A stretch of DNA of 64,000 nucleotides, taken from the NCBI GenBank assembly GCA_002633005.1, contig NMRA01000479.1, positions 126,317-190,316 of the forward strand. Direction: 5' to 3'. The notes under the pieces are model-generated. The model had not been told where the DNA came from. It was given only the letters and a program-made list of their open reading frames with translations, and ran no database searches. The stretch comes from Phoronis australis. Taxonomy: Eukaryota > Animalia > Phoronida. A program made the translations under genes and the position numbers. Below, piece after piece: positions 37,401-49,400 of the stretch (positions within the stretch are counted from its first letter, which is position 1; the number at the start of each line of letters is the position of its first letter).

Positions 37401-40400
37401 TGTCAATTAAATCCTGGATTTTTTATGCATTTTTTCAATTCATGTCAAGTGTCATTTGTATTGCAACATTGATAGCACTGTAAAGAAATCTCATATGGGC
37501 ATTCAAATGTCTCATGGGTAAAACACCCGTTGTTGCATGGATTATGAGAATTTGAAATTTAACTGCCACTAATGAAACAAGAGCAACACAGAGCGTTGAT
37601 ATGCACCCAACATAAGCATCGTAAAAAGCACAGATACAAGGGATGATTTCTGATTTTAGCATTCTTACTAAATAAAGTAATGCTAGTAAACTTAAATACC
37701 CTCTAGAGGGTGCATAGCAAGTCAACAATGGTCTCCTCAATGGAACACACTTACCAAGGTCATGAAAAATTAAAACATGCACTGGGGGGAGGGGGGGGGC
37801 ACAGTGGTATCATCCAAAGAGTAACTTGGCCGATGGAAAAGCGGATGCCAAAAACAGACTAAAAAGAACAAAAACGGCCACTAGGAGAAATGCATTACTT
37901 CAAATCCACCTGAAAACGGAAAGATGTCATTGCCTCATCAATAGAAATCAATTTACCAAATTTGATAAACATATGTCCAGGAACTATAAAGATACAGACG
38001 AAAACGGAAAAAAATTGCCACTAGGGGGCACAGCTGTTATTGGATCTGTCCGAAAGTTGTCGTCACCTGTTGTCACTATGATAAATACACTGCCAAATTT
38101 TACAAAGATCCTGCAAAAAGTTTAGGAGATATCGCCATGGACACAACAAAAAGAAAACTGCTACTAGGAGGCACCACAGTAGCCAGCGGCGTCCAACAAT
38201 CATAATCACATGTACTCTTCCCAGTAAGATGATATATGTCAACTTTCATAATCATCCTAAGGGTGCTTTGGCCAACAGAGAGGCGAATGATAAAAACAGA
38301 CTCAAAATAATAAAAACAGCCACTAGGTGGCATTCGCAATGCCATCTGAAATGGAATGATGTCATCACCTCTTCAATAGAAATCAATTTACCAAATTTTA
38401 TAAAAATTGATCCAGGAACTCCAAAGATTCAAAGGAAAACGAAAACCAATAAAATTGCCACTAGGGGGCGCAGCAGTGGTTGGATCAGTCCAAACGACGT
38501 TGTCACCTGTCAACAAGTAATATACTAACAAAAGTGATACTTAGAGGATTTCAACTTCTGCTAATTTTATTCAAGTAGTCGTACTACCATTATTTTTCAA
38601 ATGCATTGTGGAACGATTGCCTACAAAAATCTTGAAAGGGGACAGCGGCGCAGTAGATGGAATCCCTCAAATTTTATGCCAATCGTAAAGTGTATCAGCC
38701 ATGTGAGGTGCATGAAAATATAGTAAATTAACCTATTCATTAAATACAAGCTAAGATAAAACAGCCAAGAACTGAAAAGCTTACCGGTATATCTGTCTGC
38801 AGGAATTCATTGAGCACCATTTCATAGATGGCAGGACTCAGTTTGGGTTCGCCCTGGGGCAGATAAGGAGCAAGAACCTGCAACAGTGCTGCATTTGGAG
38901 GTAACCTTGTCTTGTACACAATTACACTTCATTTCAACAGGTGTGTGCTAAACCTGAAAGAACTAAACTGAAATAGTGTTTTTATCCATGGAAGGCAAAT
39001 GATTACGACAAAATGAGGCCAAATCAAACCCAATTGATTTCATGCTCAACAGTTACTCCAACAATGTTGTGAAAGATAATAAAGCACTATAAACCTCAGC
39101 TGACCGTTACCTTCAACTGGTGTATTAAGGCAAACTGACCGTTACCTTCAACTGTTGTATCGCGGCAAACTTAAACGCCTGCTCCTCCCATTCTTTTTGA
39201 TCAGACTCCAGAACTTTGATGCACAGCCTTGCCGCACTCTCATAGTCCCTTTCCGTCAACAGGAAGTCCATGTACTTCCGGCCAATGTCCTTGCACGTGT
39301 GTTGACGTAACTTCTTCTGATTAACAGTAGCCGCTGCCATAGCAGCCTGTTAAAAGAAAATTATAAGATCACGCCTCATTCTGACCCCGTCAGTAAAATT
39401 TGTACGCGTAACACAACGTTACGTCACACTTACTGTTTAAACTCATTACCCAACATGACTTTATTCTGACTTCAAAACGAGCAATACTTCATGCACTTAA
39501 TTCAGCCAAGTTTCCATGAAAGTCCCGATGTAAAATGCCTTTCGACAGAACTCTAATAAAGGCCATACAAAAATACAAAGCAAAATAACTGTAATAACTA
39601 CAAATTCGTCACCATTAAGTTTAAAAAAAGTTATACACCGACCATGTTCTGTGTACAAACAAAAGCAGAACAAAGTGTTAAAACATATCCTCAAATGCAC
39701 AGCAAACTGTGTTTCTAGGGTCACAAAAATAGTCACTAGGTGGTGTGGGATATGTCAAACCCACCCAAAAATAGTCACTAGGTGGTGTGGGATATGTCAA
39801 ACCCGCCCAAAAATGGAAAGACATCATCCTCTCCCAAATCGAAAACTATTTGCCAAATTTCAGTAAAGTCTCAGAAGGTACAGAATCAAATGTGAAAAAT
39901 AAAATTGCCAATAGGAGGCACAGAGGTAGTCACAAGCACATAGACTTGCCAAACTTTACAAAGGTCCTGCAGGGGTTTAGGTGAACAGCCATGGATGAAA
40001 AATCCCACTAGGTGGTGCCACAGTAGCAGGACATGTCTTACACTCTTTCAGTGCTACGAAAGGAAGCTCTGTCGAATGTTATTTAACATGGCTTCACATT
40101 GGTTAAAGTAATGAAACCGATGTCACAACATTCAGTTATTCCCATTGGTTGAAATCTGGGAAACACGTTTCAGTTTACTGTTACGTATGTCGACCACCTT
40201 TGACATGAATAGTTGCAATATATTAAAACAGGCAGTGATCAAAGTAAACAAAATCAAGGGATCCCCTGATCCAGCGGCTTAAGTCCAAACAAGTACAGGC
40301 ATGTGCAAGGGGTAGCAATGTGATCTGGATACTTCCGACCAATGTATGCACATTGATGCCCACACATGGAATTCCACATGTCGTTCATCATGTTTCCACA

Positions 40401-43400
40401 CGGCCACTTCTCAGTTTAGGTAGCGCTGTGTCAGAGGGTAGACATGTCTGAAAATCAGTTGAACTGTTGTCAATAGGACCACATCCATCAATTTTCTTGC
40501 AGATCCTTTGACCAGTTTGGCAGATAGTAAGGCCAACCGCAAAAAAGTCTCAAAAAAAATAAAAATGGCGACCAGGTGGCCCTGACTACGGCATATCTAT
40601 ACGTGAATGCATAAAAATGGCAAGTTGCAACTTTGAGCATATGAACAGTTTAACCTTACTTAAATGGAGTCTTCCTTTGCCTAAACTGCACCCACCTCAA
40701 ACTGTTCCTGTTCCAGCAGCCATTTAATATGGTCATCGTCATCACAAGGCTTGGCCACCACAACATCCTTAGGACTGACCACAAAGAACAAATTTTCCTC
40801 GTTGATACATTCTAGAATGGGCAATTGAAAATAGTACTCAAATGTAAACAGTACTCTACTGAAAGCAGTACTCAATTGTAAGTTAGTCAACTGTAAATAT
40901 TTCTCAGGTGAACAAAATGTTAACTAGGCATGAACATGAGCAGAGGATGGAAAAAACTTCTGAGCTCATAACTGACCATTTAATTGAACAGTAAATCAAA
41001 ATGAAATAGCTTAAATGTTAACAGTAGTGGAAACAACAGATGACAGTCTTTAGTTAAAACATGAACGACACAATAATTTTAAATGCGTATTCGAGATGTA
41101 AAGTTTGCTCACAAAATAAAACGAATCAAGGTACCATAAGCCAGAAGCAGTGCTCTACTGTCAGCAGGGGGTGAAATACAAAACAGTTCCCAAAAGCTTC
41201 AGCACTTTTTAACACTATCAGTAGTTTCTGGGATAACGTCTCTCGATTTTGTCTTCTTGACAACGAGAAAATCACAAAATAATCAATATTCAATTATTTC
41301 TGGAATCGATGAGCAACATTCAGTTACTAAGAAAACCTAATTCTAATTTAAACCAAGTTATAAACAATGGTTAAACGAGGTTGTGCAAGGTATTAATGTA
41401 CTTATTAAGAAAAGTACATTTTCATGAAAAATGGACAAATTTCTAAACTTCAATTTTTGAAAAGATGGCCAGATGTTAGTTATGCACTTGAAAACTGTTA
41501 TACGGATTTCCACATAAAACTCTCAATGCCTTAGCAGCTTTCCATAACCGAGTGTATGTATAAATGGAAACTACAGCAAAAGAAAATTAACACCTCGTGC
41601 TATTGTAAATGTGGAACTGTTGGTTTACAGTATGAAAAAGCAGTAAAACACAACGGGTGCTTTGAAAAAGCAGTCCATACAACAAACTGCACATCGGATT
41701 AATTGTCAAGCGTACAAACACCATATCTGTATCAAAATTACTTTTGAAAGGATTTCACTTCAAATCCATCCTTAGGCTAGTATTTCAGATAAAACAGGCT
41801 TTGATCAAATTGTATGAGGGCTGTGACTAGTGCTCCCACACTTACCAGATGATAACAAAACTGTGAACGATAACAATACACAACCACAGGTCAATGTGAG
41901 CAACAGACTGAGTAAGACTAAGTGCATCTCACATGATATACATGCTACAAAAACAATCATGGTACATACACACACTTATAAACATGACATAGGCAACACT
42001 CACGAAATCATGGGTCCCATTATTAGGCTTTTATCAAACCAGCCTTGAAAACAAATTATGGGCACATTGAAACAATGACATTGACATTTATTTTTTCAGT
42101 AAAAAAATAAGTAACTAAATAGAAATTGAAAGTGACAGGTTTATCAGCTCTATCAGTGAAACGTACCCAGGTGATATTCGTTACACCTGTATTCATTAAA
42201 TCCTCTGATTGACAAAGCATCATTAGACAGTTCTTCGTAACCTTCCAGTGCTGGCTCAACCACTCTTAGATTTGGACGGCATGCCATAATGCGACCAGTC
42301 TGAAAAGAAGATAATATACAAAATATAACATTAAGTAGGAACAACACCTCAACTACCTGCCCATGGTTTATATTAATGACCTTCCTCATAACCCGTCATG
42401 TAGCACTTACCTTTATGCAGGCGACACGGCACTTTTTACCCCTTTGCAGGGTCATCCCTTAGAGTTTTATGCAGCTAAACATGACTTGAATAAACTCAGC
42501 TATAGGTCACAAGAATGGGGAATGAACTTTAAACCAGAAAAAACCATCGATCTCACCTCCTCCAAATTTAATAAATTCTCTCATCTTTGTTGACCCATCC
42601 TATGACCTTAAACTTAATGTGACAGTCTGCAGAGCAAAGTTATGTTTACAATAAGTGTTTGGCCTGGAATTCTACAGTCTACACTAGGACAGTGCTGGCT
42701 GGGTCAGTCAAGGTCAAATAGGCATAACCAAAACAAAGTGAATTGAAAGCCAGCCAGCTGCGTGCTTGCATAGGTGACCGAAGAAACAACGGTATCCGAA
42801 AATCTCGAATAATTCAAAAAATAGACGTAGCGCAAAATGGAAAATATCTTCGAAAAAATTGAAAATTTGCCTGTTTTTTTTGAAATTCAAAGTCAAATAA
42901 CTCGAAAACAGTAAGTCTGAGAAATACGCTCTCGCAGACTTTTTGACAGGCCATACTTAAAGGAATCCACATGCAAAAATTCATGTCATTTGCTTTTCCC
43001 GTTAAAAACGCGACAGCAGAACGATTGACACTGTGTGAACATGCGCCACAGCCGCCATCTTGAAAGTGACTTCCAGTTCAATAAACTTTTATAAAAGCTT
43101 ATTAAACTCAACAAACAAGTGACCAGTTTGAAAGTGATTTGTTCGCAAATGCGCCATCTACAGGAGAAAACGTTTTTGGCCATATTTCGGGGTGCGCATG
43201 CGCCACTTCCAATATTTCCGCCATCTTTGACCTGAAGTCAACGATTTTCAGCACAATTGTAGCACATGCGTTCTTGTATTATCGTACCGATTTTCAGCCA
43301 TGTACGTCGAAAAATGCGGCCTCTACGAGCATTTGACTGTGAAATCGGATACAAAATGGCCGCCACGTCCGCCATTTTGTATCCGATCATGACCAAAAAA

Positions 43401-46400
43401 ATAGGCTTCCAGGACTTTCCGATCTACCCATCGTGTGCACATTTCGTGAAAATAGGACGAAAATTGCGACCTGTAGAGTGCGAACAAACAAAAAAAATTG
43501 CTGTCAGACCAACATACTTGGCGGAAGAATTCCGCCAAGTAATAACTCTGAAGATACTAAAGACAAATTGAAAAAATACCATTATCACTAGAAGGCACAG
43601 TGGTAGTCACATCGATCCAAAACTAGTCACTATCTATCATATACCTCATAGCAACACAGCTGCTACATCTCAATGAGATTCAGAATCTGCAAGGGGAGAT
43701 GCAGCAGTAAATACCCAGACAGAGATAATGGCAGTATGAACTCATGTGTCTATGTGGGTGCTAGATACCTAGACAGAGGTGATCACAGTATACCCCCCAC
43801 ACCTCTGTGTGGGGGGTATAAAACCAGCTGACAATAGAGAAATCAAAATTGACAAGGTGTTGCATACATAAGTGAATTCAGGTAAATTATGTTGATGCCT
43901 CATGCTGATCTTACTTTCTGTTCTCAATGTTTTCAGAAGTCAAACATTTATCAGCGCCATCTGGTGAATATTGTCTCGGCCATTTCTGAAATGTGTCAAC
44001 TAATCCATATACTGAAAGTCAACACGCCTACTTATCTTGTTTGTAAACTAAGCGAAACATAGAAAGAGCAGAGTCACAATATATGTTAAGACAACATTGT
44101 CTCTAAAATCTGTTGGTCCATTTATACCAACCTCAAGACTGTTTACAATGGCACGGTGTTTCAGATGATTTGTCCTGCCAACTTCCACTATTACAGCATT
44201 GATTCTTAGAACTAAAGGCGATTTTTTCTCAAATGGGACTATCTTATTTAGTCTCAAAGTGTGCGGAACGGTTCCGCACTTTTTTAATATCCACTTAGGG
44301 CCATAAAAATGGTATGTAACAAATCTATACCTTACCCTAAACATGTTTACAATGTTACATTTTTATTTCCTCAATTAGCATTTTCTTAATTAGAAGTTCA
44401 ATTTTTGCCTTGCGGAATATTCCGCACTGACTGTGGAATATTCCGCATTAAGTGCGTAATATTCCGCAGATTTTGCGGAATATTACGCAGATTTGGGTAA
44501 TATTACGCAGATTTTGCGGAATATTACGCACTTGCAGAATGGTTCCACATGCGGAACGGTTCCGCAACCGTCACATTGATCAACTAATTACGGTTCCGCA
44601 AACAGAATAGCTTTTTGGAGAACACAATTTTTTTAATTCTCATGACCAATAAAGTTAAAATGCATTCCATAATCAATACCAATTGAAAGTATCAATGTGA
44701 CAATCCTAATAATAATTACTTGATCCATGTGACAGTTGCGGAACCATTCCGCATGCGGAACCATTCTGTATGGGGAGCGATTTCCCAAACAGAATGGTTT
44801 TGCTGGGTATTTGATTTCACCAATCAACTTAAAATGCATTCCATTATCAATGCCACTTGAAAGTATCGATGTGACAATCCTAACAGTAATTAGTTGATCA
44901 ATGTGACGGTTGCGGAACCGTTCCGCATGTGGAACCATTCTGCAACCGTCACATTGATTAATATGTTATTGAGAGTGGGCACATTATACTCTCAAGTACT
45001 ATTGAGAATGGAAATTGTAATTCATGTTTATTGGGCCGGGAGAAAATTAAAAATTTTAGTCCTGTGCTAAACTTTTCCGTTTGTGGAACCCTTCAGGAAC
45101 TTTCACATTGATTTTTAAAAATAAATTATTATTTTGATTATTATTCCTCAAAATATACATAATATTTCTCAAGTCACAGTATTCCACAAAACTTGCGCAG
45201 TATTCTGCAAGTGCGTAATATTCCGCAAAATCTGCGTAATATTCCCCAAATCTGCATAATATTCCGCAAAATCTGCGGAATATTACGCACATTTGCGGAA
45301 TATTACGCACTCAGTGCGGAATATTCCGCAATGCAAAAATTGAACTTCTAATTAAGAAAATGCTAATTGAGGAAATAAAAATGTAACATTGTAAACATGT
45401 TTAGGGTAAGGTATAGATTTGTTACATACCATTTTTTATAGCCCTAAGTGGATATTAAAAAAGTGTGGAACCGTTCCGCACACTTTGAGACTAAATAAGT
45501 CTCATTTGAGAAAAAGTCGCCTTACTATCACGAGTATATTTGTTTACATGCCATGACCATGAGTGGAGAAACCGTGAACCAAAACATAGAGCCATGCAAA
45601 ACGTTTAAAGAGACTAACAGGTTTCAGAAGACTGGTTTTAGGAACTAATTATTGAAGTGTTGGTGAAGGAGAACTATGAATGTCCAACATTTGCTTTTTC
45701 AATGTGCTTCAAACTGTGCAGCACTGCTATATACTTCAAACTGTGCAGCACTACTATATACTTTAAACTGTGCAGCCCTACTATATACTTTAAAACTTGT
45801 GTCAATTTTGTCATTAAAAGATCAGAAAATCTCACCTCATCTTTCATCTCCTGATATGTCAGGAGCACCAGATTTTCTTCCCATGGTGCAACTCCACATA
45901 TGCAGAACTCTGTGTTAAACATGGCGGCTGGGAAGAATGACAAAAACATTTTAATCAAAACAGCCAAAATGACATATCAAAATGCTGAACACACAAAATA
46001 GTCATGATACGAAATAACAAAAAGGAAAATTCTTTTGTCTTTCACTTTTTACTTATTTTGCTCTAATCAAATGAGGAAGACAGCACATTTCTAAAATGCA
46101 ATCAAATTTTAGTCAAATCAGTTACTGATGCCACAAACCATCAAATCAGAAAGATATAAGAAGTTGAAACAGAACACAAAACTGAAAATTACAGGAAGTC
46201 AGATGAAACACAAGTAACTTTTAACTTCTGCATCGCAAATGGTCTGCAACTAGGCGTGTTTATTAGTATCATAAAAATGATCTGCAACTAGGGTCAGGGC
46301 TCGACGCTACGAAAATCGCCATGTCGCATTTTGCGACCAAGCCAAAATCCTAGGTCGCATTTTCAAAATTCAGCTCGCATTCATAAATTCCAGGTCGCGA

Positions 46401-49400
46401 AAATTTCCCGCCATTTTAATGGACCAAAATTGGCTTTTACGTCATCAGAAAATGCCTAGATTATGCTCTTACGACGTTAAATACTCACAAATTTCATGTC
46501 GCAAAACTGAGTTCTTACAAGCATATCATGCATGCACCGCGTTACCATTCTTCACTGGTGCCATCCAGTGAAAGACCCTGGAGCACAAGGCAGTTGCCGA
46601 CATGAAAGTTAAATCAGTGCTCTCTAACCGACACATACATTCGATTAGCTAAGTATGCAACGTGAAAAAGAAGAAAATACTCGTTGAAAAAGTATCCGCG
46701 ATTTTTCTAGGACTGACTTGCTATATGACTGTCACCAAAGTCGTTAAAGATCCAAAGATTGATAACTCTGAGTGCGAATTCCTTCTATTTGTTCACAGGC
46801 CAAACTTTTCAACTTGACGTTTGAAAAAACATCCTGTCGGAAGAAATTCGTGAAACGTTACCCTACTCGCGAAATGACATGTTGATACGCGGAAACAATT
46901 CACTGCAAATTTCACAGCAAAAAATGTGGGACTTATGCTGTTTACCGGTACGTAGTCAATTAGTTTTCCATGAAATAAAAAGCCTCAAAATGATTTCCGA
47001 CAGTGCGGGTTTCTACTATTCTGTCGAAAGCGCGTAAAGGCATGCCCGTCGTTTGGCGATTAATTCGGATGTCATTTTCACATTTGCTGTCTTTCGCGAT
47101 AAAAAAACGAGACGCAATTTTCCAAGTCACGACGATCGTCTGCCGGGACCACTTTCTGGCGCTAACAGTGGAACCGACCAGTGCCGCAGTGCAATCAGGC
47201 ATATTGCCGTGGGTGTTGCCGTAATTTGATATTAAGGACACCTATGAAAAATAAATGTTTTTCCACCACTAAACTTGGTAATTTCGTCGTTTAAGAATTA
47301 GTAGAAACACCGCTGCTTTCTGACGTATTATCACGTGTTAATCCGAGGTCCGAAACTTTCTTCGGCACATCCGGAAATTTACAAAAAGCCGAAAGTATTG
47401 GTCAAAAAATGCGTCAAAGACCAATTCTGCATTCCCTTGTTCATGCGATATGTTTGCAAGTCATCGGGAGCGCTTTTCTCAATGAATGTTCTTTTGAACT
47501 TGATTTGGCAACATCCAAATAACGGTCGGAACCACCCGAGTTGCTCTATATTTCCCAGGTATCTTCCGTGAAGTTTAAAAACTCAGCTCGCATACGTTGG
47601 AAATTCCAGGTCGCATTTTGCGACTTCATGTGAGCTGGCCAAAATCTCAGCTCGCATTTCCAAATTTCAGGTCGCAAATGCGACCTGCAGCTTGTTATGT
47701 CGAGCCCTGAGGGGCGTTTATTAGTATCATAAAAATGATCAGCAACCAGGGGTGTTTATTAGTATCATAAAAATGGCTATTAGTAGAAACAGAATATGTT
47801 GAACCCGCACAAATATTGAAAAGGCGGCATTGTCTCTCTAATACAAATTAACTATTTACCAAATTTCATGAAAATCCATTAAGGAACTCCAAAGATACAC
47901 ACGGGCAAACTTTGAAAATTTAAAAGTAATTTGCCATTACGAGGTACAGCACAAGTTAGATCGTCCATCTTTAACTTGTCAAATCAATAGGAATACACTC
48001 GCCAAACCTCCAGATCTTACAAGGAATTAAGCAGAAGCAGATGACAACAAATGTCACTTGGGGGCACCACAGTAATAGGACTCATCCGAAAAGTTCACAT
48101 CAGTCGTGCTAGACACAAATGTGCAAATGCGGACCCCAACAGACTCAAAAATAACAAAAAGGCCACTAAGTGACGCATAATATGTCAGAAAGCATTGCCA
48201 TCTCTCCAAAGATACAGAGGAAAATGTACTAGAAAAAATACTGCCACTGTGGGGCAAAGCAGCAGTCAAATTGCCAGCTGTCTATTGCCAGCGCTGCAGG
48301 AATTATACACAAGTCAATTTTCGAAAAGGTCCTGCAAAGGGTTAAGAAAATGAAGCCATACACACAAGGAACAAAATCTCCAGAAAGGGGGGGGGGGCAA
48401 ATTAGGAAAGCTTGTTTGAAAATAAACACCAGGGGTAGTTTCATCAAGAAGACATCTGTCAATTTCAATAACGATTCTTAAAGAGCTTTAGCAAATCAAA
48501 ACGCCAAAGACAAAATCGAAAATTTTTAAGGCAACTATGAGGCGCAGAATGTGGAAAATCGTCCAAAAAGGGAAAGCATGGTCATCGTCTTCTTTATTTG
48601 CCAAATTTCTTTAGCAAACTCTGAAAATACAGAGTCAAACACAAAAAATAGAATCGCCACTAGATGGCAAAGAGGCAGTCATCAGTCATCAGCTTGATAA
48701 AAACAAAGATAAAACAGCAGACACCAGACACTGTGACTGTCACAGAACACAGATAAAACAGCAGATACCAGACACTGTGACTGTCACAGAACACAGATAA
48801 AACAGCAGACACCAGCCACTGTGACTGTCCCAGAACACAGATAAAACAGCAGACACCAGACACTGTGACTGTCACAGAACACAGATAAAACAGCAGACAC
48901 CAGGCCCTGTGACTGCCCCAAGACACAGATAAAACAGTAGACACCAGCCCCTGTGACTATCCCAGAACACAGATAAAACAGCAGACACCAGACACTGTGA
49001 CTGTCACAGATGACAACAATATGTCCCACATGATATGCATATTAAAAGACACAGATTCCAAACAAATATGAGAAAATTCATCGATCAATTTGAAGTATAA
49101 TGTTTTATGAGAAACGATTTCAAAATTTCTGCTAATTACATACTTATTTCAACATATTTGCTGGGTAGATCTCTGGCATCACGCGCAATCCGAGTCTTGA
49201 CAACGCACACCTAAACATTTAATTCAAAACAAGAATTATATGTGACATAAAAGACAGGAGGGTGCATCTAAACTTATGAGACAAAACGCAGAAACTTAAA
49301 GGCAATATAGTCGATATAGTGTTAATCAATGGCTATACTTGAAGTGAATATATTGAATATAGTGATACAACCAAATACAAGACCCAAGTGAAGTATAAGT

